Below are positions 34,501 through 44,483 of a stretch of DNA of 64,000 nt, piece by piece. Each line of letters begins with the position of its first letter. The stretch's first letter is position 1. Under the pieces are notes generated by a model. That model saw only the letters and a program-made list of their open reading frames with translations, did not search any database and was not told the DNA's origin. A program made the position numbers and the translations under genes. The stretch is from Thermoplasmatota archaeon (lineage in GTDB: Archaea; Thermoplasmatota; JAKEGO01): positions 160,001-224,000 of the forward strand of contig JANQNK010000004.1 in NCBI GenBank assembly GCA_028279595.1, read 5' to 3'.

Positions 34501-37500
34501 TCAATACACCTCGTGCATCGCGCCCTTGATCATCGACAGGATCTGCTCGTCCTTGAAGCCCTTCTGCTGGATCGCTCCCGCGCGGCAGGTCGCCGTGCAG
34601 ACGCCGCATCCCTTGCACAGGGCGGTGTTCACGATCGCCTTTCCGCTCTCCAGATCGATGGCCGAGAACGGGCAGGCGGCCACGCAGAGGCCGCAGCCGC
34701 TGCATATCTCCTCCAGGACGTTGGCGGTGATCCCCTCGAGTACCAGGGTGCCCTTCATGATAGGTATCGCCGCCCTCGACGCAGCTCCCTCGGACTGCGC
34801 GATGGTATCGGCCAGGTTCTTCGGGAAGTGCGCTGAACCACAGAAGTAGACCCCGTCGGTGGCGAAGTCAAGCGGTCTGATCTTGGCGTGCGCCTCGATG
34901 AGGTAGCGTCCGGGTCCCGCGGGTATTTTGAACATCTCCATCAGGCCCTCGACGCTCTCGTTGCCCTCGGTCTGGGCCGTGAGCACAACGAGGTCAGCGG
35001 GAAGTTCGAGCGTGTCGCCGTAGATGGAGTCGTGGACGGTCACCATGACGTTCCCGTCATCGTCGACCGCCACCTCTGGCTGTTCCTCGTAGGTGTAGCG
35101 GACGATCTTCACCCTCTTGCCCTCGATGACATCGGTGAAGTACTCCTCCTCGTCCTTTCCGAAGACGCGGATGTCGCGGTAGAGGATGTATACGTCGCTG
35201 TCCGGGTACATCTCCTTGATCATCTTGGCGTTCTTGATGGACACGCCGCAACCCACGCGACAGCAGTATGGCCGCTCCGGCTCCATGGCGCCGGCGCAGT
35301 TCACCATGACCACGGTCTTGGGCTTCTCCAGGGTTCCGGCCTCGATCCTCTCCTCGAGCTCGGTCTGGGTCATGATCTTCTCGCTGTCGCCGTAGCCGTA
35401 CCGGCCGGTGAGGTCGATCTCGCCGAACCCGGAGGCGATTATCGCAGTCCCGAACTCGAGCTTCTCCTCTCCGCCGGGAGTGTTGATGGTGGCCTCGAAG
35501 TTTCCGATGAATCCCTCGATGTCCTCGAGGGTGGACCCGGTCATTACCGTGATGAACTCCGACTCGCTGACCCTCTTGATGAGCGGATCGATGATGTCGC
35601 TCGCCTTCACGTCGGACGGGAAGAGCGTGTGCAGTCTGCGCAGCATGCCGCCCAGTTCGGGGTCCTTCTCGAGAAGATATGTCTTTATCTTCATGTCCGA
35701 GAGAGCGAGCGCCGCCCTCATCCCGGATAGGCCGCCTCCGACTATCAGGACGGACGGAATGACCGAGACCTCCTCCTGCTCCAGGGGTTCAAGGAGCGCG
35801 GACTTGTTCGCAGACATCCGTACCAGGTCCTTCGCCTTCTGGGTGGCCTCCTCCCTGTCGTGGGAGTGGACCCATGAACAGTGCTGTCTGATGTTGGCGA
35901 ACTCGAAGAGGTACTTGTTCAGGCCGGCCTCGACCATTGTGTCCTGGAACAGACCGCCGTGCGTGATCGGCGAACATGCCGCGACGATCACACGGTTCAG
36001 ACCCTCCTCCTCGATCTTCTCCCTGATGTCCTTCTGGGTGTCCTCGGAGCAGGCGAACATTATGTCAGTGGCGTACTCGACGTAGGGCTGTTCGCCAATG
36101 TAATCGGCGACCTCCTTGCAGTCGAGGTAGCCGTTGATGTTCTTGCCGCAGTGACAGACGAACACTCCGATGCGGGGCTTCTCGCCGGTGACGTCCTTCT
36201 GCTCCGGCGGCTCGACGGCCTCCGCCTGGTCCCTGTCTACGATGTCGCTGATGGCCTTGGCGGCCGCACCGCTGGCCATCGCCACGGAGTCCGGGATGTC
36301 CTTGGGGCCCTGGTCGCAGCCCGCGAGGTATACGCCGTCGCGGGTGGACTCGATCGGGTCCGTCATTATGGACTTGACCTGGAAGAAACCGCTCTCGTCC
36401 ACGTCGATACCGAGCACCTCGGCGAGGCGCTGGTTCTCCTGGGACGGGATTATCGCGGTGGAAAGGACGAGCATCTCGACCGTCTTCTCCTTCACCTCCC
36501 GGGTGTGTGTGTCCATGTATCTTATCGTGATGCTCTTGTCCTCGTTCTCGTAGACGCTGGACGGCCGGGCGCGGATGTACTCCACACCCATGTCCTTGGC
36601 CTTGTCGTAGTACTGCTGGAAGTCCTTTCCGTAGGCGCGGAGGTCCATGTAGAAGATGGAGACGTCTGTCTCGGGATCGGTCTCCTTCTGTATCGAGGCC
36701 TCCTTGGTTGCGTACATGCAGCACACGCGGGAGCAGTAGGGCCACCCGAGCTGCTTGCTCCGGGAGCCGACGCACTGGATCCACGCGATCGATTCCGGCT
36801 TCTCGCCGTCGGACGGCCTCCTAGCCTTGCCTTCGGTCGGACCGAAGGAGGAAAGCAGGCGTTCGAACTGCATCGCCGTGATGACGTTAGGGTACTTGCC
36901 GTAGCCGTACTCGCGCCTCATCTCCACGGGCTCGAAGAGCTCGTATCCCGTTGCGACGATGACGCTGCCCACCTTGACCTCGATGTCCTCGGACTTCTCG
37001 AGGAAGGAGATGGCCCCCGGCTCGCAGACCCTCTCGCAGGAGCCGCAGCCGACGCAGGCCTCGTAATCTATCGTGTAGACGATCGGCACGGCCTGGGGGA
37101 ACTCGATGTAGATCGCCTTCCTCTTGGCCAGCTTCTCGTCGAAGACGCTGATGACGTCGACGGGGCACACGGGTGTGCAATCGTCGCAGCCGGTGCACTT
37201 GTCGGGGTCGACGTACTTGCTCTTCCTGTACACGCGGGCGGTGAAGTTGCCCGCCTCGCCCTTCAGATCAGCGATCTCGGCGTAGGTAAGTAAGGTAATG
37301 TTCGGATGTCTGGAGACCTCCACCATCTTCGGGGCGGAGGTGCAGATCGAGCAGTCGTTCGTCGGGAAGGTCTTGTCCAGCTTCACCATGTTCCCGCCGA
37401 TCGTGGACGACTTGTCGATGAGGATCACACGGTATCCCTTGTCGGCGATGTCCAGCGCCGCCTGCATCCCGGATATCCCGGCGCCGACGATGAGCACATC

Positions 37501-37680
37501 GCCCTCCATCTTGCGCTTGCGGGAATGGATCGCTGTCTCTGCGACGATGGCCGCATCGCTCTCAGCCTGGGGCCACTCGTCGTCGAGCTTCGCTATCTCC
37601 GGCACCTGGATCAGGTAGTCGTCCTCAAGGGGGACGTCCTCGTAGTACTGCGGAATTATTCCATCACTCTGGTCGGGCAT
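34501..37680 (-). CDS. hdrA: Large double-FAD heterodisulfide reductase A-like protein (copy 1, flx-linked)
   Basis: GAGISG...LDKTFPTNDC, CVGSR..CSRVCC, CHCG domain, second GGGLSG FAD module, C-terminal 2x[4Fe-4S]. Confidence 0.92.
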   Translation of the reverse strand: MPDQSDGIIPQYYEDVPLEDDYLIQVPEIAKLDDEWPQAESDAAIVAETAIHSRKRKMEGDVLIVGAGISGMQAALDIADKGYRVILIDKSSTIGGNMVKLDKTFPTNDCSICTSAPKMVEVSRHPNITLLTYAEIADLKGEAGNFTARVYRKSKYVDPDKCTGCDDCTPVCPVDVISVFDEKLAKRKAIYIEFPQAVPIVYTIDYEACVGCGSCERVCEPGAISFLEKSEDIEVKVGSVIVATGYELFEPVEMRREYGYGKYPNVITAMQFERLLSSFGPTEGKARRPSDGEKPESIAWIQCVGSRSKQLGWPYCSRVCCMYATKEASIQKETDPETDVSIFYMDLRAYGKDFQQYYDKAKDMGVEYIRARPSSVYENEDKSITIRYMDTHTREVKEKTVEMLVLSTAIIPSQENQRLAEVLGIDVDESGFFQVKSIMTDPIESTRDGVYLAGCDQGPKDIPDSVAMASGAAAKAISDIVDRDQAEAVEPPEQKDVTGEKPRIGVFVCHCGKNINGYLDCKEVADYIGEQPYVEYATDIMFACSEDTQKDIREKIEEEGLNRVIVAACSPITHGGLFQDTMVEAGLNKYLFEFANIRQHCSWVHSHDREEATQKAKDLVRMSANKSALLEPLEQEEVSVIPSVLIVGGGLSGMRAALALSDMKIKTYLLEKDPELGGMLRRLHTLFPSDVKASDIIDPLIKRVSESEFITVMTGSTLEDIEGFIGNFEATINTPGGEEKLEFGTAIIASGFGEIDLTGRYGYGDSEKIMTQTELEERIEAGTLEKPKTVVMVNCAGAMEPERPYCCRVGCGVSIKNAKMIKEMYPDSDVYILYRDIRVFGKDEEEYFTDVIEGKRVKIVRYTYEEQPEVAVDDDGNVMVTVHDSIYGDTLELPADLVVLTAQTEGNESVEGLMEMFKIPAGPGRYLIEAHAKIRPLDFATDGVYFCGSAHFPKNLADTIAQSEGAASRAAIPIMKGTLVLEGITANVLEEICSGCGLCVAACPFSAIDLESGKAIVNTALCKGCGVCTATCRAGAIQQKGFKDEQILSMIKGAMHEVY

Positions 37681-38203
37681 TCTTACCAGCCTCTAATCCT
37701 CTCTCGAATGCGTTCACGTTGAGGTCTATGAACCGCTTCGGCACGCTGTCTACTACGGCCTTCTTGACGGACTCCGGGTCGAGGAGGTCGTCGATCCCGG
37801 CCATGGCACCCACCATCGCGATGTTGGTAACGATCTTGTTACCCAGGTCCTCTGCGATCTTCTGGACCCTGACCTTGTAGATCGGCCGACCTATGTCGTG
37901 GTTCGGCACGAGGTCTGGATCGATGATAATGACTGTGTTCTCATGCAGATCGTCGCGATACGTGTTGAAGGCCTCCTGGGCCATCGCCACGTACAGGTCC
38001 ACGCCGGTCGGGCGCGGGTATCCGATCTTCTCGTCCGAGATCAGGACCTCGGAGCGGGCGGCGCCTCCGCGGGCCTCGGGTCCGTATGACTGGCTCTGGA
38101 CAGCATTGAGGTCTCCGAACACGCAGGCTGCCTTTCCCCAGATGAATCCGGCCAGGATCACTCCCTGACCGCCGAAACCGCAGATCCTCACTTCACGTTT
38201 CAT
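37664..38203 (-). CDS. korC: 2-oxoacid:ferredoxin oxidoreductase gamma subunit
   Basis: GFGGQGV, QSYGPEARGG. The 2-oxoglutarate specificity is inferred from context. Confidence 0.88.
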   Translation of the reverse strand: MKREVRICGFGGQGVILAGFIWGKAACVFGDLNAVQSQSYGPEARGGAARSEVLISDEKIGYPRPTGVDLYVAMAQEAFNTYRDDLHENTVIIIDPDLVPNHDIGRPIYKVRVQKIAEDLGNKIVTNIAMVGAMAGIDDLLDPESVKKAVVDSVPKRFIDLNVNAFERGLEAGKNARPE

Positions 38204-38205
38204 GT

Positions 38206-39084
38206 TCAGACCCCCCACTTCGCGTCGTCCTGCTCCATCAGTCTCGTGGTCATCTTGTCATACTCCCCGAAGAAGCCGGACCTCTCCTGATGCTGGAACA
38301 CGCCGATCTTGATCTTGTTCTTGGCGGCCGCGATCTCCTCCTCGGTTCCGTAGTCCATGATCCGGTCGTAGTCCTCCATGAGCATGGTGTTATCCTCGTA
38401 CCACGTCCATAGCGCGTCGATCTTGCCCAGCTTGTTCCTCCGGCCGTAGGCCGTCGGACAGGGGGACATGAGCTCGACGAGTCCGAAACCCGGTGTCGAG
38501 AGGGCGTCCTTGATGGACTTGATCGGCTGGTACGGATAGAAGACGGGCCAACGAGCCACGTACGCTGCTCCGAGGGCCTGGGTCAGTTCGGATATGTTGA
38601 ACGCATGCTCGATGTTCCCGTAAGGTGCGGTTGTGGCGATACTGCCCTTCGGCGCCGTCGGGGCCAGCTGTCCGCCGGTCATCCCGTAGATGAAGTTGTT
38701 CAGCAGGATCACTGTCATGTCGATGTTCCTCCGGGCAGCGTGGATGAAATGGTTTCCGCCGATCCCGGTGGCGTCGCCGTCGCCGGTGAAGACGATGACG
38801 TGCAGGTCGGGGTTCGCCGCCTTTATCCCGGTCGCGAACGCGATGGCGCGACCGTGCGTGGTGTGCAGGCCGTCCGCGCTGACGTACCCGGGTATCCTCG
38901 ACGAGCAGCCGATACCGGATGCAAGAGCAACGTCGTCCATGTCGATCCCGAGCTCCTCTATGGCCCAGAACACGTAGTCCAGCGAGTTGCCGTGGCCGCA
39001 TCCGTTGCAGAAGATGGTCGGCAGCATTCCGTCCCTAAGGTACTTCTCCCTCAGCTCGTTCGCGTTGATCATGTCCTCGACCAT
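38206..39084 (-). CDS. korB: 2-oxoacid:ferredoxin oxidoreductase beta subunit
   Basis: CNGCG, GIGCSS, HTTHGRA, TPP motif GDGD...GGN...NN, SPCPT. Confidence 0.9.
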   Translation of the reverse strand: MVEDMINANELREKYLRDGMLPTIFCNGCGHGNSLDYVFWAIEELGIDMDDVALASGIGCSSRIPGYVSADGLHTTHGRAIAFATGIKAANPDLHVIVFTGDGDATGIGGNHFIHAARRNIDMTVILLNNFIYGMTGGQLAPTAPKGSIATTAPYGNIEHAFNISELTQALGAAYVARWPVFYPYQPIKSIKDALSTPGFGLVELMSPCPTAYGRRNKLGKIDALWTWYEDNTMLMEDYDRIMDYGTEEEIAAAKNKIKIGVFQHQERSGFFGEYDKMTTRLMEQDDAKWGV

Positions 39085-40265
39085 CAGCTCACCTCCAGCA
39101 TCTCTAACAGTTCCTGTGGCAGGTGCATCTCACCGCCTATCTTCGGGGCCAGAACGATCTCACAGCCGGGATCGGAGTACTCGACTATCGGGTGGTACAT
39201 CTGGCCTAGGTTCATCTCCGGGACGATTATCTTGTCGACCTGCTTGGAGACCTTGTTGACGATGTGCCTCGGGAACGGCCAGCAGAGCTTCATCCGGAGC
39301 ATTCCCGCCTTGATCCCCTTCGCTCGGGCCATGGCGACGGCGCTCTCAGCGGGTCTGGCGGACGCACCGTATGTGACGAACGCCACCTCTGCGTCCTCGA
39401 GTTCGATCTCCTCGACGTCGGTCATCTCCTCCCGGTCGTCGGTTATCTTCGTGATTATCCTCATCACCAACCGCTCGTGGTCCGGCTGCTTGTCGGTCTT
39501 CGGGAATCCCTTGTCATTGTGTGTCAGTCCAGTGACGTATGTGCGGTATCCCGATCCGAACGTCGGGAAGTCGGGCACCTTGCTTCCGGTGGTCGGCGAT
39601 TCCGCGAACGGAAGGAAGGTCTCCTTGTCCGTGGTCGCCTCGACCCTCTCGATAAGGGGCATCTCCTCCTCCTCCGGGATGACGACCTTCTCCCTCAGAT
39701 GTCCGACCTCCCCGTCGGTCATCAGGCACACCGGGTGCCTGTACTTCTCCGACAGGTTGAACGAGTCGATGGTCATGTCCAGGCACTCCTGCACGGTACT
39801 GGGGGCGTAGGCTATCGCCTCCATGTCGCCGTGGGTGCCCCATCGCACCTGCATCATATCGCCCTGGGCGCCGAGGGTCGGCTGACCCGTGGACGGCCCC
39901 GTCCTCTGGACGTTGGCGATGACGCAAGGCGTCTCGGTCATGATCGCGTAACCGTAGTTCTCCATCATCAGCGAGAATCCGGGTCCAGACGTCGCTGTCA
40001 TCGCCTTCGCACCGCCCCATGCGGCGCCGATGACTGCGGCTATGCTTGCGATCTCGTCCTCCATCTGGATGAAGCATCCGCCAACCCGCGGGAGCAGCCG
40101 GGCCATGCCCTCAGCCACCTCTGACGCAGGTGTGATCGGATATCCCCCGAAGAACGACACCCCAGACAGAAGCCCGCCGTATGCGACGGCCATGTCTCCC
40201 TGGATGAACTGTACCTTCTCGCCGAGGACCTTCCTGATGCGTACTGGGTCCCTCTCATACTTCAT
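39084..40265 (-). CDS. korA: 2-oxoacid:ferredoxin oxidoreductase alpha subunit
   Basis: GYPITPASE, QMEDE, TATSGPG, QRTGPSTG, EMNLGQ. Confidence 0.9.
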   Translation of the reverse strand: MKYERDPVRIRKVLGEKVQFIQGDMAVAYGGLLSGVSFFGGYPITPASEVAEGMARLLPRVGGCFIQMEDEIASIAAVIGAAWGGAKAMTATSGPGFSLMMENYGYAIMTETPCVIANVQRTGPSTGQPTLGAQGDMMQVRWGTHGDMEAIAYAPSTVQECLDMTIDSFNLSEKYRHPVCLMTDGEVGHLREKVVIPEEEEMPLIERVEATTDKETFLPFAESPTTGSKVPDFPTFGSGYRTYVTGLTHNDKGFPKTDKQPDHERLVMRIITKITDDREEMTDVEEIELEDAEVAFVTYGASARPAESAVAMARAKGIKAGMLRMKLCWPFPRHIVNKVSKQVDKIIVPEMNLGQMYHPIVEYSDPGCEIVLAPKIGGEMHLPQELLEMLEVS

Positions 40266-40512
40266 TAGCTACACCTCCGATGATGAGCCCGCTCTTCGAC
40301 TCCTCCTTCCTCTCCTCCGCGACCACGGTGATCGCGAAGTCCGGACAGAGCAACTCGCAGAGCCGGCAGTAATTGCATTCGTTCTCCTCCTTCAATTTGG
40401 GTGGATAGACGCCTCGCTTGTTCAGCTCGTCGGATGTCTCGAGAGCATGGACCGGGCACCTCCTGACGCATATATCGCAGCCCTTGCACCAGTCCTTGAT
40501 CACCTCGATCAT
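40255..40512 (-). CDS. korD: 2-oxoacid:ferredoxin oxidoreductase delta (ferredoxin) subunit
   Basis: CKGCDICVRRCP and CNYCRLCELLCPDFAI. Confidence 0.88.
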   Translation of the reverse strand: MIEVIKDWCKGCDICVRRCPVHALETSDELNKRGVYPPKLKEENECNYCRLCELLCPDFAITVVAEERKEESKSGLIIGGVANEV

Positions 40513-40526
40513 GTCCCTTCACCACC

Positions 40527-42176
40527 TCATAGGATGTCCAGAGCCCTGGCCAGAGTATCCTGGCCCCTGTATTCCGGCAGGATCGCCGGGGCGGTCATAT
40601 CGCTGACTATGCTTGCGTCCTCGAGGGCCTTGTTGTACTTGTCGATGTGGGCCATCGAGAGCTTTCCGATCGAACTGCGCTTCTTGACCAGTTCGGCGAC
40701 CTTGATGCCGGCGCGCCTTCCGAAGACGTTGAAGTCGAGGAGGGAGTTGCCCATCAGCCTGTTCTTTCCGTGTACGCCGCCGGTGACCTCGCCTGCCGCA
40801 AGCAGGCCGGGCACCCCGGTCTCGCACCACTCGTTGATCTCGACGCCGCCGTTCTGATAGTGCAGTGTCGGGTAGACGAGGATCGGGTGCTTGGTCATGT
40901 CGATGCCGAAGCGCTTGAACTTGCGGACCTCTCCCGCAAGCTTCTCCTCGATCGTTCCCTCTCCGTGGATGATATCTATCATCGGTGCGTCGAGCCACAC
41001 GCCCGGCATTCCCGTCGGTGTGGTTATCCCGCGGCACTCGTCGCACTCCTTCAGGAACATAGCGGACTCGACATCCCTCGGTTCCAGCGGGAACACGAAC
41101 GGGTCGCCGTCCTTGTTGAGCGGCTTGCCGCCCAGGCCCCGGACCTTCTCCGTGGTCAGGATGCCGACGACCGCTTCGGGATAGGCGTCGCCGGTCGGAT
41201 GGATCTGTATGGTGTCGAGGTCGAGCAGGTTCGCACCTGCATGATAGGCCATAATCAGGCCGTCCCCGGTCGCTCCGTAGTGGTTCGTGGTCGGATAACC
41301 GGAAAGATGAAGTCGCCCAGAGCCTCCCGTGGCCATCACGACGGCCTTCGCCCTGATGACCTGGTACTCGTTGGTCTCGATGTTGAACGCTACTCCGCCG
41401 GAGACAGTTCCTGTATCGTCCAGCAGCAGCTCGACGACCGGGCAGAACTCGAGCGTCGGTATGCTCAGGTTCCGCGAGCGGTCGCGGATGTTGCGCATGA
41501 TCTCCATGCCGCTGTAGTCCTTGGCGCTGTGCATGCGGTTCCTGCTGGTCCCGCCGCCCGACAGCTCCTGGAACTCGCCGTCGTCGTGCCTGTCGTACAT
41601 GACGCCGAGGTCGACGTGCCACCTGATGATCTCGGGCGCGTCCATTGCAAGTGCACGGGCGAGCTCCGGCTTGTTCGTGAAGTGGCCTCCGCCGTAGATG
41701 TCCAGGTAGTGGATGGACGGACTGTCGATAGCCCTGTCCGCAGCCTGGATGCCGCCTTGGGCCATCATGGAGTTGGCGTCGCCGTGCCTCAGCTTCGTTG
41801 TGATGAGTATCCTGTCCGTCGGGACGCCGTGATCGTGTGCGAATATCGATGCTACGGTTCCTGCGCCCCCGCCTCCGATGATCAATACGTCGACGTCGTA
41901 GTCGACCTTCGATAGGTCGACCGCCGACGTGTCGAGCGCCGACCTGGCCTCGAGGAGGTCGACGATGCCGTTGTATATCAGGTCGCCCTTGTTGGGGCCG
42001 ATCCCGACCTCGCGGCGCGTGCCCTCCATGAAATCGGGGTGGTAGTTCTTCAGCACCTCCTCCCTCTCCTCCATGGTGAGCGGCGTCACGGCCGTCTCGA
42101 TGTTCTTCTCCCTCTTCTCCTCGATGAGCTTGATGGATTCCATCATGTAGTCGGGGTAGCCGTCTATGATCTCCAT
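40527..42176 (-). CDS. Soluble fumarate reductase/succinate dehydrogenase flavoprotein (TfrA-like, non-covalent FAD)
   Basis: GGGGAG; ANSMMAQGG with Asn at the covalent-His position; QIHPTG, TEKVRG, EPRD, HYQNGG, HGKNRLMGNSL. Confidence 0.88.
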   Translation of the reverse strand: MEIIDGYPDYMMESIKLIEEKREKNIETAVTPLTMEEREEVLKNYHPDFMEGTRREVGIGPNKGDLIYNGIVDLLEARSALDTSAVDLSKVDYDVDVLIIGGGGAGTVASIFAHDHGVPTDRILITTKLRHGDANSMMAQGGIQAADRAIDSPSIHYLDIYGGGHFTNKPELARALAMDAPEIIRWHVDLGVMYDRHDDGEFQELSGGGTSRNRMHSAKDYSGMEIMRNIRDRSRNLSIPTLEFCPVVELLLDDTGTVSGGVAFNIETNEYQVIRAKAVVMATGGSGRLHLSGYPTTNHYGATGDGLIMAYHAGANLLDLDTIQIHPTGDAYPEAVVGILTTEKVRGLGGKPLNKDGDPFVFPLEPRDVESAMFLKECDECRGITTPTGMPGVWLDAPMIDIIHGEGTIEEKLAGEVRKFKRFGIDMTKHPILVYPTLHYQNGGVEINEWCETGVPGLLAAGEVTGGVHGKNRLMGNSLLDFNVFGRRAGIKVAELVKKRSSIGKLSMAHIDKYNKALEDASIVSDMTAPAILPEYRGQDTLARALDIL

Positions 42177-42941
42177 TCAGTCACCCCCCCCCTCGTCGAG
42201 GTCTCCGCTGGCCTCGATCTTGCGCTCGCTGTAGAGCTTCTCCATCTTGCCCCGCTCCATGGTCATGAGGTCCTCGATCTCAGCGTCGTACTTGCCGTCC
42301 TCGATCTCCTTCAGCCGGACCACGAGGTCGCCGGACCGCTTGTCGAGGTACTTGCCGAACAGACGCCGGGCGAGCTGGGCCACGTGATAGTGCTTGATGT
42401 CGGCGGGACAGCGCATGGCGCACATCCCGCACTGGATGCAGTCGAACGAGAGCTCGGCCGCCTTGGCGATGTCGCCCCTCAGTGCGTTCTGGATGTACAT
42501 CATGACCTTGATGTCCTGCGGACAGGCCTTGGTGCACGTGTTGCACGAGACGCATCGGGCTATCTCCGGATAGATCGCCAGGATGGCGTTCTCGTCCGGG
42601 GTGAGCTCGTAGATATCGTACTGGGCCCGGTTCGCCGGCACGAAGGGTATCTGCACCAGGTACATCCCGTCCTCGACGAGCGTCTGGCACGCGAGGGCGA
42701 AGTGGAGCTTCTGCTCGTCCTCCTTCCTGTACACCGTCGAGCAGGCGCCGCAGAAACCTGCCCTGCAGCCGCAGCTCCTGATGTACTGGTACCCCGCGTA
42801 TTCGATGGCCTTCATTATGGTGAACCCGACGGGCACCCTGTACCTCTTGCCCATCACGAATATCTCGATGGTCCCCTCTTCATGGGTCTCGCATTCCGTT
42901 GCCTCTCGGTCCTCTGTAATGGCGTCAGTTGCGCCGGTCAT
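42177..42941 (-). CDS. Fumarate reductase Fe-S subunit ([2Fe-2S] plus 2x[4Fe-4S])
   Basis: GCRAGFCGAC...LACQT; CVSCNTCTKACP; CIQCGMCAMRCP; directly upstream of the flavoprotein. Confidence 0.85.
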   Translation of the reverse strand: MTGATDAITEDREATECETHEEGTIEIFVMGKRYRVPVGFTIMKAIEYAGYQYIRSCGCRAGFCGACSTVYRKEDEQKLHFALACQTLVEDGMYLVQIPFVPANRAQYDIYELTPDENAILAIYPEIARCVSCNTCTKACPQDIKVMMYIQNALRGDIAKAAELSFDCIQCGMCAMRCPADIKHYHVAQLARRLFGKYLDKRSGDLVVRLKEIEDGKYDAEIEDLMTMERGKMEKLYSERKIEASGDLDEGGGD

Positions 42942-43831
42942 GTGCTTCCCTCCGATATGGGTAGGACCCCCTTCTCCTCCAGAAGGGGGGTCGGGTCCAC
43001 GGCGTGCGCGCCGAAGCCCCAGTCGCCCTCGAGCCCGAGGGCGATGGCTAACAGTTGAGTGTAATACATCACGGGGATCTGGGAGTATCCATCGAACAGG
43101 AGCTCCGCCTCCTTACCCCTCTGGTCGATGTTGTACTTGCAGAGCGGGCAGGACAGCATGATGAGGTCCGCGTCACGCTCCACGGCGTACGTGGAGATGG
43201 TCTTCGCCCGCCTCGACGTCATCTCCTTCTCCTCGATGGTCTTGTACGACCCGCAGCACTCGATCTTGTACGGGTTGTCCACGACCTCTGCGCCGAGGGC
43301 CTTTATCAGGTCGGCCATTATGCGCGGTTCCTCCGCGTCGTCGATGGCCACCTCCCTCGGGCGGAGGAGCATACAGCCGTAGTACGGCATTATCCTGACG
43401 CCTTTCAGAGGGTTCACGACCTTCTTTTTGAGCGTCTTCCACCCGACATCGTCTCGGAGGAACTCGAGGAAGTGCTGGACGGAGACCGTCATCCTGTAGT
43501 CGTTCTCCTGGTCCATGAAGTCGTTAAGCGTCTTCAGGTCGTCCTCCCTCTCGCGGACGCGGTAATCGGTCTGCTTCAGCGTGTTCGAGCACATGTCGCA
43601 GAGGGTGACGATCCTGTCCATGCCCTGGTCCTCGGCATGGACAAGGTTCCTCAGGGGAGCGAGATGATGCATGAGGTCGTCCTCGGTGAGGGATGCGGAA
43701 ACGCCGCAGCAGTTCCACTCCTCCATCTCGATCATACTGTGCCCGAGGGCCTCTGCCACAGCGAACGCTGATTCCTCTAGGTTCACCGCCGACGTCTTCA
43801 GCGTGCATCCTGGATAGTAGAGCAGTTCCAT
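42938..43831 (-). CDS. hdrB: HdrB-like CCG-domain subunit (fumarate-reductase-linked copy)
   Basis: YYPGC, WNCCG, CDMC, YYGC, ECCG, CPLC, YYTQLL. Confidence 0.9.
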   Translation of the reverse strand: MELLYYPGCTLKTSAVNLEESAFAVAEALGHSMIEMEEWNCCGVSASLTEDDLMHHLAPLRNLVHAEDQGMDRIVTLCDMCSNTLKQTDYRVREREDDLKTLNDFMDQENDYRMTVSVQHFLEFLRDDVGWKTLKKKVVNPLKGVRIMPYYGCMLLRPREVAIDDAEEPRIMADLIKALGAEVVDNPYKIECCGSYKTIEEKEMTSRRAKTISTYAVERDADLIMLSCPLCKYNIDQRGKEAELLFDGYSQIPVMYYTQLLAIALGLEGDWGFGAHAVDPTPLLEEKGVLPISEGST

Positions 43832-43837
43832 GTTAGC

Positions 43838-44269
43838 TCAACCTATGTTCTTCCTGAAGAGACTGACGAAGGCCATCTGCGGGATCGACCTCTTCTCCTC
43901 GTCGGTGAGGCATTCGAGGTCGGTCTCGTCGATGTTCTGGCGAAGGACTATCTGCCTGAGGGCCTCCATTATCTTGGTAATGTTGATATCCCTCGGGCAC
44001 CGCTCGGCGCAGGCGAAACACGATGCGCAGAGCCAGATAGTCTTGGATTCGAGGACCTCCTTCTTGTCGAGAATGACATATCTCAGTACCTCATCCACAG
44101 TGAGGTCCATCTCGTCCATGAACGGGCATCCTGCGGCACATGTGCCGCATTGATAGCAACCGAACACGTCCTCCTCGCAAAGGCCCTCCAGCTCATCGAT
44201 CAACTTCCCGCTGACAACTATATGCTTATCAGCGGAGTCCTGGCAGCCCCCTTCGGTTTCTGTTGCCAT
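43838..44269 (-). CDS. hdrC: HdrC-like 2x[4Fe-4S] subunit
   Basis: ATG 44269 after GGAGG; CYQCGTCAAGCP, IWLCASCFACAERCP. Confidence 0.88.
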   Translation of the reverse strand: MATETEGGCQDSADKHIVVSGKLIDELEGLCEEDVFGCYQCGTCAAGCPFMDEMDLTVDEVLRYVILDKKEVLESKTIWLCASCFACAERCPRDINITKIMEALRQIVLRQNIDETDLECLTDEEKRSIPQMAFVSLFRKNIG

Positions 44270-44329
44270 TGATCGTCCTCCGTCGCCATTCAGGCTCGTT
44301 AACGCGGGCTGGCGCTGGTGCTTTCGGTA

Positions 44330-44420
44330 AGGTTTCCGAATATATATTCTTTCTGGCATTTCGAAGGCCAGGAAACGATGAATTTTCATAAAAAAGCGTT
44401 ATACGTTACGAATATGTTAT
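44330..44420 (-). promoter_or_regulatory. Internal AT-rich promoter region for hdrC-hdrB-frd-kor-hdrA-flx
   Basis: Largest gap (214 nt) in the 24-gene run; TATA-like elements and a 12-bp palindrome GAATATATATTC (44338-44349). Confidence 0.5.
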
Positions 44421-44483
44421 GGCTGGTCCTTCGGGGTTTCCGTTTTCGTAATAATTGGGTGATTCGCTCAACCGCGGCTTCCA

